From NCBI GenBank assembly GCA_030390025.1, contig CM059426.1, positions 121,024,001 through 121,088,000 of the forward strand: a stretch of 64,000 bases of DNA. The letters run 5' to 3'. A program made the position numbers and the translations under genes. This DNA is from Squalus acanthias (taxonomy: Eukaryota). Within the stretch, counting starts at the first letter, position 1, and each line of letters starts with the position of its first letter. Positions 26,386 to 43,732 of the stretch are shown here, piece after piece. Below the pieces are notes generated by a model. It saw only the letters and a program-made list of their open reading frames with translations, ran no database searches and was not told where the DNA came from.

Positions 26386-27704
26386 TCCCCACCCACCATA
26401 GATGGGGCATTGTGTGTGGGTCACGGATTGTTAACAAGTTTATTAGGTATGAAGTGAATAGTGAGTGTCATGACTTCTGGATTTCATCCAGTCCAATGAT
26501 GTCACTTACCACACACACACCGAGCTTTCCGAGAAATCAACCAGATCAAGGGGGAAGAACATGGTGCAGGTGTAAAGGGGGAGGGGGTGGGGTTGGAAGA
26601 ACGTGATCCGTCTTACCATCTGGATTACGTTCTCGCTCTCATTCCCTCCCCCACCTTTAGACCTGGATCACGTTCTTCCCCCATTCCCACTGTACACTCT
26701 GTGCTCTTTACCATCCCACCACCCACAGTTCCTGGCCTTCTCTCCCCTCTTTGATCCTTTCTCTCCCTGAAGACCAGGTGCACATGCGCGGCTCCAGGAT
26801 ACTGCACACATGCGCAGAAGATGTTCATGCAGATAATCACAGCAACCCGATATTAGCCCACCTGTTGAGCGCTAAGTCAATCAGCAGCGCATTTAGCGCT
26901 GAGATCAGCGCTCCAATCATGTAAATGAGCAGGCAGCACAAATTTTGTGTGCTGCCTGCACCATTTTGAACGGCCGCAGGCAAATAGCGCTGGCCCGACA
27001 CTGCCTGTTTTCGGGCCATATCCAATTTCTAGGCCACGATCTTTCTTCTCACTGACTTGCCCCAGGTACACACGGAACTACACCACGTCACATTATATAT
27101 TGCAATGTAAGTAGTGGCTGAAGGGGTGTCATGCAACCAGCATATTGCTCGTTTCTACAAACATCTCAAGAATCAGCTCCTTGTAACAGCTGCCTTCCAG
27201 AAGATGTGAACGAGCAGAAATAACAGTAGCTGGTACTTACAACTGAAGATTGGGAAATACTTCAGGTTTCCAGAAGCCCTTCACTTGCTCAGGCAAGCTC
27301 ACGAGATGTCCAATTTCCCAGTCCTCGACAACCTCAATCCCTTTACAAAGCAGGCCAATGGGCCACAAATGTTAATCTGTTGTGTCAAAGGAACCAGAAA
27401 CCCTCCACCCATGTTTTTTTAAGCACCACTTTTTCCAACCTCACTGCAATGGTGGACACTTGGCATATGCACACACCATAAAAATGTAAGTAGGGATCCT
27501 CAACTGGCCGCAGCAAGTCTAGCAGCAGTGGTCCCAGTGGGCAGTTACATTGGGATCTCAAACCATTAAGTGAAACCAATGTCCTGTCAGAATTTTAACA
27601 GCCTGCCTGCTACCAACTCTTCAAACTATCAAGTTTGTAGTCTTTGCTGATACTGCTCTCTAATTTAGTGAATATAGTCCAGTTGTTCTGCAACATCGAG
27701 GCTC

Positions 27705-29260
27705 TCTGGTACCTCTGCCGCTTCCCTCCCCCTAGCCCACGGGCCAAACTTCCTCTAAGGCCCCCCCCTGCCCTAGTCCTGAACTCGCATCTTTCTCTAG
27801 TTTCTCTCCTCATGCCCGCTCCAAGCTCATTTTGTCCACGAGACACACCACCTGCACCCTCGATCCTATTCCCACTAAACTGACCACCCAACTTCCCTTC
27901 CTGGCTCCCCATGTTAGTTGCTTCTTTCTCCTCAGGTACTACCCCCTCCCCATCAAATCTTCTGTCATCACCTCTCTTCAAAAAACCAGCCCATGACTCC
28001 TCTGTCCTTGCAAACTACCGCTCCATCTCCAACCTCCCTTGCCTCTCCAGTCTTTGAACGTGCTGTCGTTACCCAAACCAGTGTCCATTTTTCCCAGAAC
28101 TCCAAGTTTGAATCCCGCCAACCAGGTTTCCACCCCTGCCACAGGACCGAAACAGCTCTTATCAGTCACAAATGACATCCTATGTGACTGTGAATGATAA
28201 ACTATCCCTCCTCGTCCTGTCTGCAGCCTTTTACACGGTTGCCCACACCATCCTCCTCCAACGCCTCTCCTCTATCATCCAGCTGGGTGGGACTGCACTC
28301 GCCTGGTTCCATTCTTCTCTATCTAATCATAGTAAGAGACTCACCTGCAATGGCTTCTTTTCCCGCTTGCGCATCGTTACCTCTGGTGTTCCCCAAGAAT
28401 CTATCCTTGGCCCCTTATTTCTCATCTACATGCTGCCCCTCAGCGACATCATCCAAAAACACATCAGGTTCCACGCGTACGCCGATGGCACCCAGTTCTA
28501 CCTCACCATTACCTCTCTCGACCCAACTATCTCTAAATTGTTAATCCACTTGTCCAACGTCTAGTACTGGATGAGCAAAAATTTTCAACTAAACATTGCG
28601 TAGACCAAACTCAGTCTTAGGTCCCTACCATAAAACTCCATCCCCTAGCCACTGTCCGAGGCTGAACTAGACAGTTCACAACCTTAGTGTTGTATTTGAC
28701 CCGGATATAAGCTCCGATCTCACATCAGTGTCATCACAAAAACTGCCAATTTCCAACTCAGTAACATTGCCCGACTCTGGCCCTGCCTCAGCTCATCTGC
28801 TGCTGAAACCCTCATCTATGCTTTTGTTACCTCTAGACTTGATTATTCTAATGCACTTCTGACCAGCCTCCCATCTTCCACCCTCCATAATCTGAAGCTG
28901 ATCCAACTCTGCTGCCTGAATTCTAACTCACACTAAGTCCTGTTCACCAAGATTGGCTCCCAGTTAAACAACGCCTTGATCGCCCCTCCAATTCTGGCCT
29001 CCTGCACATTCCTGATTTTAACCGCTGCTCCTTTGGCAGTTGTGCCTTCAGCTGCCGAGGTCTGGAATTTCCTTCCTAAACCTCTCAGCCTTGCGTTCCT
29101 CCTTTAAGACACTCCATAAAACCTACCTCTTTGACCAAGCTTTTGGTCATCTGTCCTAATATTGCCATATATGGCTCGTATGAAATTTTGTTTGACAATG
29201 CTCCTGTGAAGCGCCTTAGGACATTTTACTATGTTAAAGGCACTATATAAATGCACGTTA
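27705..29260 (+). mobile_element. L2 LINE RT and 3' end (degraded)
   Basis: LANYR.IS.LP, GF...H.TETAL, LSAAF.TV.H.ILL, GVPQ.SILGP, YADGTQ.Y; tail aaggcactatataaatgca. Confidence 0.88.
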
Positions 29261-29903
29261 TGGTCTTTTGTGCTCAAAGTACTTCCTCCCTTTGCTACAG
29301 GTCACATTAATGAGTGTTACTTCCACTGTTACTGTCAGACACACTGGGTTGAATCAATCTTGTGTTTATTTGAACTTCAGACAAATGTGTTGAAAGTGTT
29401 AAAGATTCCTCAGGAGAGTGATTCCATAGAATTATGTTGGTGAAATGGGTGTGGGAGGATACACTATTGGCTACTCTCAACATCAGGAACTACATTTACT
29501 CAGCAACCCGAGTAGGATCGGCCTGCCTGTGATGCCTGATGTGCTTGACTAAGCTGCCACACAGCTCATCAAGCACGTGTGGAACTGTACTGTTATATTA
29601 AAGGATAAAATATATAAATATATTCCAAACTGCTGGAAGAATATATCAGAGGAAGAGGGACATCTGGAAAATTAGCTGTCAGTGAGGAAATGCAGTCATC
29701 CACCCTAACTTCAGCAGAAGAGCTGCAGATAGGCTGGAAAACCATTCATTTTTTTGGTACAGTAGTAAGTTTAGCACTTAATATTTGACCATAAGAATAA
29801 ATTAGTGATGTGTCCAGAATGGGAACCCCAGTTAGAAGCACACTGAATTTTTTTTTTTATTAAAAAACCACAATTACAAAATTGTACCATTTTGTCTAAC
29901 CAA

Positions 29904-29909
29904 TTTATT
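29904..29909 (-). terminator. RACK1 polyadenylation signal AATAAA (a second candidate lies at 29856-29861)
   Basis: AATAAA on the minus strand about 90 nt after the stop codon, followed by a T/GT-rich tract. Confidence 0.7.
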
Positions 29910-30000
29910 TGCTTTTCATTTTTGGTTTCTGAAAATAGCATGTTCCAAGACTTCAGTAGTTAACTTGTACCATTCCTCTCCCAACAGAAACAAAACGTTT

Positions 30001-35232
<5,232 letters not shown>

Positions 35233-35295
35233 GGTGGCGGATGGAGTCGGATTGAAGCAGGGCCGCCACTCGAGCACCGCTGCCGCCAGCACCAT

Positions 35296-35376
35296 GGAAA
35301 GAGGAAGTGGCGCGCGCGCGCCCGTGGATATGACGCACGCTGGGCGGGGGCGGGGCCTGTAGTGGCTGATTGACAG
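35296..35376 (-). promoter_or_regulatory. RACK1 core promoter: TCT/5'TOP initiator, CRE-like site, GC boxes, PBX-PREP/MEIS decamer
   Basis: CTTCCTCTTTCC pyrimidine tract (35296-35307) typical of ribosomal-protein gene TCT initiators; TGACGCA 35331-35337; GGGCGGGGGCGGGG 35342-35355; TGATTGACAG 35367-35376. Confidence 0.75.
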
Positions 35377-35490
35377 CTCGCACTCCCGCCCCCCACTGCA
35401 CGCCAGCCGAGGGCAGCAGCCAAATTTAAACCAAAACTTCGAAAACCCGAAATCAAACACAAGCAAAGATTGTTGGAAATACACAGCGGG

Positions 35491-36050
35491 CTTGTCCTCA
35501 CCTTCCACCAGCCTCCACATTCAACAGTTCACCCGCCGCCATTTCCCCCACCTCCAGCGTGATCCCACTGCCCAACACATCTTCCCCTTCCCTTTCAGCA
35601 GTGCGCAGGGCCCTGCGAAGGGGAAGGGTGGTTGGGGGTGATTGAGGAGTGGGCGAGGGTCCCCCCCCCCCCGGGAGAGGTCCCTTCGGAATGCGGGAGG
35701 GGAGGGGGGATCACGCTGGAGGTGGTGGAAATGGCACAGGTTGATCCATTGAATGTGGAGGCTGGTGGGGTGTAAGATGAGGACAGTGGGAACCCTTTCG
35801 TCGTTCTGGGAGGGAGGGAAAGGGGTGAGAGCAGAAGTGCGGAAAATGAAACAGACACAGTCAAGAGCCCTGTCAATCACGATGGAGGGGGTTTCCTCGG
35901 TTAAGGAAAAAGGAAGACATATTGGAAGTACTAGTATGGAAGGTGGCATCCTCAGAACAGATGCGATGGAGATGCAGAAACTGGGAGAATTAAATAGAGT
36001 CCTTAGGGGAAGCAGAGTTGGAGGGTGGTAATCAAGGTAGCTATGGGAGT
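35491..36050. mobile_element. Older Penelope-like fragments in inverted arrangement (35491-35600 +, 35601-36050 -) directly upstream of the RACK1 promoter
   Basis: 35491-35600 matches 53848-53965; 35601-36050 matches ~36830-37305. Confidence 0.75.
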
Positions 36051-37845
36051 CCGAAATAACAACAGAAAACGCTGGAAAAACTCAGCAGGCCAGGTAGCAT
36101 CCGTAGAGAGAGAAACAGAGTTAACGTTTCTGGTCGAAGACCTTTTGTCAGAACTGGAAAAAAGCAGGAAATGAAATAGATTTAAAGCAAGTATAAAGCT
36201 GGGAAAAGGGGGAGGGGATGAAAGAACAAAAGGAGAGATTAAGAGACATTAAGAGATGATCAAGGCAAGAGGAGGTGTTAATGTGACAGGTTGAGGCTAC
36301 ATGAAGTGTGAAATGCACTGGCAGAATGAAGGACAGCTGCCAGCTTCTGGGAGGGGAAAACAAAAGGGGGGGCCAAACAGAAGGGTGGATGAAAAAATAA
36401 AATATAAATGTGATAGGGGCCAAGGTTATGATCTGAAATTGTTGAACTCGATGTTGAGTCCAGAGGGCTATATGGTGCCTAAACGAAAGATGAGGTGCTG
36501 TTCCTCGAGCTTACGCTGAGCTTCCGTGGAACAGTGTAATAGGCCGAGGACGGTGAGGTCAGAGTGGGAGTGGAGCGGAGAATTAAAGTGACAGGCCACC
36601 GGGAGCTCGGGGTTCCCCTTACGGACTGAACGGAGGTGTTCCGCAAAGCGGTCACCCAATCTGCGTTTGGTCTCCCCAATGTAGAGGAGACCACATCGTG
36701 AGCAGCGAATACAGTATACTAAATTGCAGGAAGTACAAGTAAATCGCTGTTTCACCTGGAAGGGGTGTTTGGGGCCCTGGACAGTGGGAAGAGGGGAGGT
36801 ATAAGGGCATGTGTTGCATCTCCTGCGCTTGCACGGGAAGGTGCCAGGCAAAGGGGAAGGGGTGCTGGGGGTGGTAGAGGAATGGACTAGGGTGTCGCGG
36901 AGGGAGCGGTCCCTGCGGAATGCTGAAAGGGGAGGTGAGGGGAAGATGCGTTTGGTGGTGAGATCACGCTAGAGGTGGCGGAAATGGCGGAGGATGATCC
37001 GTTGAATGTGGAGGCTGGTGGGGTGAAAGGTGAGGACTAGGGGAACTCTATCGTGGTTCTGGGAGGGAGGGGCAGGGGTGAGGGCAGAAGTGCGGGAGAT
37101 AGAACGGACACGGTCGAGGGCCGTGTCAACCACAGTAGAGGGGAATCCTCGGTTGAGGAAAAAAGGAAGACATGTCGGAAGCACTAGTATGGAAGGTGGC
37201 ATCGTCAGAGCAGATGCAGCGGAGACAGAGAAACTGGGAGAATGGAATAGAGTCCTTACAGGAGGCGGGGTGGGAGGAAGTGTAGTCCAGGTAGCTGTGG
37301 GAGTCAGTGGGCTTGTAGTGAATGTTAGTCAATAACCTATCCCCAGAGATGGAGACGGAGAAGTCGAGGAAGGGAAGGGAAGAGTCAGAGATGGACCATG
37401 TGAAGGTGAGGGAAGGGTGGAAATTGGAAGCATAGTGAATGAAATGTTCTAGTTCAGGGCGAGAGCAGGAGACGGCACCGATACAGTCATCAATGTACCG
37501 GAAAAAGAGGTGAGGGAGGGGACCCAAGTAGGACTGGAACAAAGAATGTTCCACATATCCCACGAAAAGGCAGGCATAGCTAGGCCCCATGCGGGTTCCC
37601 ATTGCAACACCTTTAATTTGGAGGAAGTGAGTGGAATCAAAAGAGAAGTTCAGTTAGTCGGAGGAGGGTGATGGTGGATGGGGACTGGTTGGGCCTCTGT
37701 TCAAGGAAGTGAAGCGCCCTCAGGCCATCCTGGTGGGAATGGAGGTGTCAAGGGATTGGACGTCCATGGTGAATAGCAGGCGGTTAGGGCTGGGAAATTG
37801 GAAACTGTTAAAGGATCGTTGGGCATCGCAAGAGACGCGGATGTA
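36051..37845 (-). mobile_element. Penelope-like retroelement: partial RT, GIY-YIG endonuclease and terminal repeat with a hammerhead motif
   Basis: MGTRMGPSYACLF, FFRYIDDC, LPFLD, YKPTDSHSYLDY.SSHP; VYCIRCSRCGLLYIGETKRRLGDRFAEHL; hammerhead-like motif at ~36115-36156. Confidence 0.92.
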
Positions 37846-37849
37846 CTTT

Positions 37850-38625
37850 AAGATAGAAATCATCCTCATAGCTCTCCTCTGAACTTTTTCCATGGCCACT
37901 ATATCACCCAGCATGTGAGGGGATCAAAACTTTGCATTGTACTCCAGATGTGGTATAACCAAGGATCTGCAAATGACAGAATGGTGTCCTTTGATTTGTA
38001 CTGAAGGGTTGTATTAATAGAACCCAATACCCTGTTTACTTTGGCTGCAGCTTCTCTGCATTGGTCGTGAACATTAGCACAGTAACACCGAGATCCTTTT
38101 CTCTCTCAACCACTTTCAGTATAATTTCCTGTAAATGATAATTATATTGTGTGTTGGTCCTGCCTACATGCATCACACTGCATTTATCTAGGTTAAATGC
38201 CATTTGTCATTGTTTGGACCATCTAAATCTTTTTGCAGAAGATTATACTTCTCCACAGTTTTAATTTAGTGTCATCTGCAAACGTACTGACCATACCCCC
38301 AACACCACTGTCCAGGTCATTAACAAAAACACTGAACTGTAGTGGACTTAACACCAATCCCTGGGGGACACCACTAGTAACCTGCCTCCAGGCTGATCCA
38401 CAACTGTTGACAATAACTTTTTGCCTGCGGGATTAGAACAAATCTTAATCTAGGGTAGCAAATTCTCACTGATACCACAATTCTATCTTATGAAGTAACC
38501 TAGTGTGAGGTAGCTCATTAAAGGCTTTCTGAAAATCCAAGTAGACAATGTCAACCGAATTACCCTCATCCACTAACTTCTTGAAAAAACTCATTCAAAT
38601 TTGTAAGCTACCACCTTTTCTGGGA
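37850..38625 (-). mobile_element. Degraded CR1-group RT fragment
   Basis: SGVP.GL.LSP, FADD.KL, MEKVQRRAMRMI remnants. Confidence 0.7.
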
Positions 38626-38638
38626 GCTGTGTTGAGTA

Positions 38639-38995
38639 CAGGAAACTCTCGTTTAAACGGCACTTAAATATCCGGAATTCTCTAATAACCGGCAGAATTC
38701 ATACTCCGAAAACTACAGTACACAGTCGTTTATAAGTTTTGTTTTACTGTTAAGTAATTAAAGAGTTATGGATTACCCTCAACTGGCAGTACTGTACTGA
38801 ATCAAGCATCTTCCACCATCCATTTAACACAACATTCTGTAGGGGGGTACCCAATTATACTGCACATTTCTTGATTTTTTTATTTTTGTTTGTTAAAAAT
38901 AGCCTCGGTAGATATACCTCTCCGTTATCCGGAATTTTTAATCAACCGGCACCATCCCGGTCCCGTCGGTGCCAGATACGAAAAAGAGTTTCCTG
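38639..38995. mobile_element. Tc1/mariner-pogo (Tigger-like) MITE, 357 bp
   Basis: TIRs CAGGAAACTCT / AGAGTTTCCTG flanked by TA on both sides; subterminal tatccggaatt/aaccggca repeats. Confidence 0.8.
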
Positions 38996-39108
38996 TATCT
39001 CCAATGGCTTTAAAAGAATTAAGTAATTGATATTTGTGTATACACACATCAATTATATCAAGTTCCTTAAATACAGAAGCTCCTAATGTCAGAAATGGTT
39101 GTGAAGTT

Positions 39109-39290
39109 CAGAGATAACGTTTCTGGTCGATGACCTTTCGTCAGAATGTGGGTCTGACGAAAAGGTCATCGACCTGAAACGTTAACACTGTTTCTCTCTC
39201 CACAGATGCTGCCCGACCTGCTGAGTATTTCCAGAATTTTCTGTTTTTATTTCAGATTTCCAGCATCCGCAGTATTTTGCTTTTGTATTA
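39109..39290 (+). mobile_element. 182-bp Penelope-derived element with an inverted pair of hammerhead motifs and an 11-bp TSD
   Basis: TSD GTTGTGAAGTT at 39098-39108 and 39291-39301; minus-strand HHR 39109-39146; plus-strand HHR 39154-39190. Confidence 0.85.
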
Positions 39291-39829
39291 GTTGTGAAGT
39301 TACAAGAATTACATTTGAGGAAGCAACATTGGCAAACCATCCAACCCATTGAGCCAATATCCCAACAGGATTAACCACAGGTGAAACTTTCAGAGGAAAG
39401 GCTTTTTTTGATGACTAAAAGGAATTAAGTAAAAACTCCTGGACGTATTAGTCCAAAATTATGATCTACATTATCCAAATCGGTATGGTTGTATCCCCAA
39501 GAGAGAATCCCATGCTCGAAGCAAGCACCCAGTATCAAAACAGCCTTCGATTTCCTCTACATTTCTCCTTACCCGACAGGCAATGAGGATGTTTCGTATT
39601 AATATTGCTGCTCTAAGTCAATTATTATAATAGAATTGGTGGCACTTTAAACAAATGTAGTAGAATACCAGACGGCAAATGTAAGCACAAAATTACTCCA
39701 GTTATAGACTTAAAAAAAAATGCATTGAAATAGCAAAAGCAACTCACGAACTGAAATCATAAGATTTTCAGTATGGTGCAAATTTTCCTCTATATTTCCC
39801 AAGGCAGTCCTTTATATAAACAAATGATT

Positions 39830-40990
39830 CAAGAATCATAGAATGGTTACAGCACAGAAGGAGGCCATTCGACCTGCTGAGCCCGTGCCAGCTCTCTGCA
39901 AGAGCACTTCAGCTAATATCACTCCTGTGCCCTTTCCCCGTAGCCCTGCAAATTTTTTTCCTTCAGGTACTTATCCAATTCCCCTTTGAAAGCCACGATT
40001 GAATCTACCTCCACCACCCTTTCAGGCAGTGCATTCCAGATCCTAACCACTCGCTGCGTAAAAAAGTTTTTCCTCATGTCGCCTTTGGTTCTTCTGCCAA
40101 TCACCTTAAATCTGTGTCCTCTGGTTCTTGACCCTTCCACCAACAGGAACAGTTTCTCTCTATCTACTCTGTCTCGACCGATCATGATTTTGAACACCTC
40201 TATCAAATCTCCTCTCAAACTTCTCTGCTCCAAGGAGAACAATCCCAGCTTCTCTAATCTATCCACGTAACTGAAGTCCCTCACCCCTGGAACCATTGTC
40301 ATAAATCTTTTCTGCACCCTCTCTAAGGCCTTCACATCCTTCCTAAAGTGCGGTGCCCAGAATTAGACACAATACTCCAGTTGAGGCCGAACCAGTGTTT
40401 TATAAAGGTTCATCATAACTTCCTTGCTTTTGTACTCTATGCCTCTAGTTATGAAGCCCAGGATCCCGGATGCTTTTTTTTTTTAAAACCACTTTCTCAA
40501 CCTGCCCTGCCACCTTCAACGATTTGTGCACATATACCCCCAAGTCTTTCTGTTCATACACCCCCTTTAGGATTGTACCCTTAAGTTTATATTACTTTTG
40601 GCAGCATCTTCTTCCTTGGTAAAGACGGATGCAAAGTGCTCATTTAGTACCTCAGCTACGCCCTCTGCCTCCATGCGTATGTCTCCTTTTTGGTCCCTAA
40701 TCGGCCCCACCCCTCTTACTTCCCGTTTACTATTTATATGCCTCTAGAAGACTTTTGGATTCTCTTTTATTTTAGCTGGCAATCCATTCTCATTCTCTCT
40801 CTTTGCCACTCTTATTTTCTTTTATTACTTCCCCTCTGAACTTTCTATATTCAGCCTGGTTCTCACTTGCATTCTCAACCTGACATCTGTCATACACTCC
40901 CTTTTTCTGATTTATCTTACTCTCTATCTCTTTCGTCATCCAGGGTTGTCCTACCTTTCCCCCATGGGAATGTACCTCAACTGTACCCGA
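39830..40990 (-). mobile_element. CR1 fragments (3' end 39830-40595; internal piece 40597-40990)
   Basis: ORF 39919-40335 ERVQKRF...RGDLIEVFKIM...KNFFTQRVVRIWNALP; (attctatg) tail. Confidence 0.88.
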
Positions 40991-43304
40991 AAAGCATGGG
41001 AAAATAACATGACATCATTCTTCCAAATAGTAAAGGAGTATATTAATTACACTTAATCCTGAAATACCATTTTACTATGGGCCCCATGCATTGGAAGTCA
41101 ACGGATGCAGGTTCCCATTGCATTTTCCAAAGGTTATACATCACACATCCTGCAGCGAGAAGCCGCAGGATGCCTTTCAGTGAAGTTGCTTACACCGTCA
41201 TAGTGCAAGAAGAGTCTTGCATTTATATAGTTCGTTTCACAATCTCAGGAAGGCCCAAAGAGTTTACAGCCAATGAAGTGTAGTTACTGTTGTAATGTTT
41301 ACTTCCAACAGAATTAGGGTGGAAACCCTGTTTACATTTGAAAATAGAACACTTTGGTTGTCCTCAGTTCCATATTTGCATTGCCACTACTATGTGGCAA
41401 AAGGGGCTCTATGAAGAATCATCTCATGTGATTTACCATCCAACACTGAATTTATAAAGACCTTGCTGAGAAAGTCTGTGAGGATTTCAAACTAGGTCCT
41501 TATTTTAAACAGACTAGTTTTAAGTTGTTTTAAGTTTGCTTATTGTACTAGATGTTGACTTTTTGTTTTGATGGTCAGATTTAGTTACAAATGAAACTGT
41601 CTAAATAGTGTAGCCCATCTGCAGTGGTCTAGCAGCATGTTATTGTCCGCGTTCTGAGGTGACAGGCAGAATATGGTGGGTATCCGATGTATTCTCCAAT
41701 AAGTGATTTACCATTATTCAGGGTTAACCATTAAACCTAAGCACACTAACTTGGAGAATAAAGATGAAGGTACCAATTCATAAAGAATGCAGTCTGCAGT
41801 CCAGCCATAAACATGAAAAACAGCATGGAGGGTAAAATCTGGAAATATAACATGGGCTGAAATATAAATCAGAGTATATAGCAATAGAAGAATAGGAAAT
41901 TTTACTCTTACAAAATATTCTAAAATATAACGATAGCGCCATAATTGTCTAGTAGTTAAAGACAATCCCCCATGGGATTGAATCATACGAACCAGGTTTG
42001 ATTCCTAGTCTGTCCGAAGTTAACTGATCTCGGCTGTTGTGGACTGCACTCCAACTGTCGAACCTCCTGCTGAGAAGGGAGGGAAGATTATCACAGCAAG
42101 AAACAAGACTGGTGCTTCCGGATAGTTCCACAAGTTTATCTAACGAACAGCGGATTTGTATAGACGAGGAAAGTCCCAGATTTGATCCCCAACCTGTTAA
42201 CAAACAGCACTGTGTGAGTACCTTCACCACACAGACTGCAGCAGTTCAAGAAGGCAGCACACCGCCACCTGCAATGGCAATAAATGCTGGCCTTGCCAGC
42301 GATGCCCACATCCCGTGAATGAATAAAATTAACTTCTCAGTCCGATAGCAACAGAGGCATTACTTTTGACCTCCACATCTCTAAAGTTAGGATGGGGAAA
42401 ATCAACCGGGTGCTATTTTGTAGTTCCTACTGCGGATTGCTATCGAACAACTGTTGCTGGAAGTAGATGTGTGGACAGTATAAGGCTACCGCTATGCTGT
42501 GCATTGCTGAATAGCCTGACACTCAAGTGTAAACATCACGGGAATATGAGCCACTTAAGGGAGGTGATGCCGGAGGGTGACTGGTATGAGTTATGCCGTA
42601 CTTCAGCAAGAAGTCTATTTCTTCAGGAAAAGAGAAGAAAAAATATCCTGACCTGCAAAACAGGAAAAGTTGATCGATTGTACAGACATTGGTGAGGTCA
42701 AGTGAGGACATCTTTCCCCACTTTCCGAACCAATGAACCTCCAAAAAAGGGGCTTTGGTACTATCAGAACAAATTAAGGTGGGCATATTATATTCCTAAC
42801 TGCAGCTGATGGTGAGAGAACTGCATCATTGCAGTTAAGTAGCTTTTACATTTAAAAACGGCAGCTATGTTCACAGGTTACCACTTTCAGGATGATATAA
42901 AACAGGAGAGAAAATTGGATGGGGCGAATGGCAGAATGAATTACTGAATACAGTTACTAGATTGAAGCAACTTATTCATTTAGTTTAAGGTTTCTGAAAG
43001 AAAATATTGAGTGCAAATCCATTACTCCAACAACCTTTTCAGTCATAGCTTTTTCCTCCTGTACACCCTTCTCCTGAAGGTAATGACACATACTGGAGTA
43101 TATTTACAAAGACAGTGGCAACCATCTATACCTTACCCAAATGGCTATTCTTGAAGCCAAGGTCTCCAAAGAGTACATTAGTATCACAGGCCAGGCCAGG
43201 CCAACCCTCTCTTCACCCACTATTCACACACATATCCAGCAGAGGTCACTAGACCGAAATCTGCAACAGGAACCCTGGTCAATTTTTCCATTGTAGTACA
43301 ACAA

Positions 43305-43732
43305 AAACAACAACAACTTGTATTTATACAGCGCCTTTAACGTAGTAAAAGGTCCCAAGGCGCTTCACACGAGTGTTCTGCGACAAAAACTAAAAATTTG
43401 ACACCAAGCCACATAAGGAGAAATTAGGGCAGATGACCAAAAGCTTGGTCAAAGAGGTAGGTTTTAAGGAGTGTCTTAAAGGAGGAAAGAGAGGGAGTGA
43501 GGTTTGGGAAGGGATTTCCAGAGCTTAGGGCTGAGGCAGCTGAAGGCACGGCCACCAATGGTTGAGCGATTAAAATCAGGGATGCTCAAGAGGGCAGAAT
43601 TAGAGGAGCAGGGGGGGGGGGGGTTGTGGGGCGGGAGATTACAGAGATAGGGAGGGGCGAGGCCATGGAGGGATTTGAAAACAAGGATGAGAATTTTAAA
43701 AATCAAGGCGTTGCTTAACTGGGAGCCAATGT
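43305..43732 (-). mobile_element. L2 LINE 3' fragment
   Basis: FKILILVFKSLHGLAPPYL...GGRAFS..P.LW; (ttg)n tail. Confidence 0.85.

Larger units (their letters stand above)
22402..27035. mobile_element. PIF/Harbinger transposon (~4.6 kb, dead) with convergent transposase and Myb genes
   Basis: Perfect 15-bp TIRs GGCCTAGAAATTGGA / TCCAATTTCTAGGCC; flanks ATG/ACG; HARBI1-like gene on +, Myb/SANT-like gene on -. Confidence 0.8.

Noticed and set aside
25906-26437. Repetitive ORFs (KVRN.G units) and a CRISPR-like look
   Set aside because: Translation of a minisatellite; spacers are poly-C variants, the context is eukaryotic and there are no cas genes.
21940-27700. Possible LTR-retroelement remnant hosting the Harbinger (21940-22400 and 27036-27700)
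   Set aside because: No paired LTRs or identifiable gag/pol motifs could be read.
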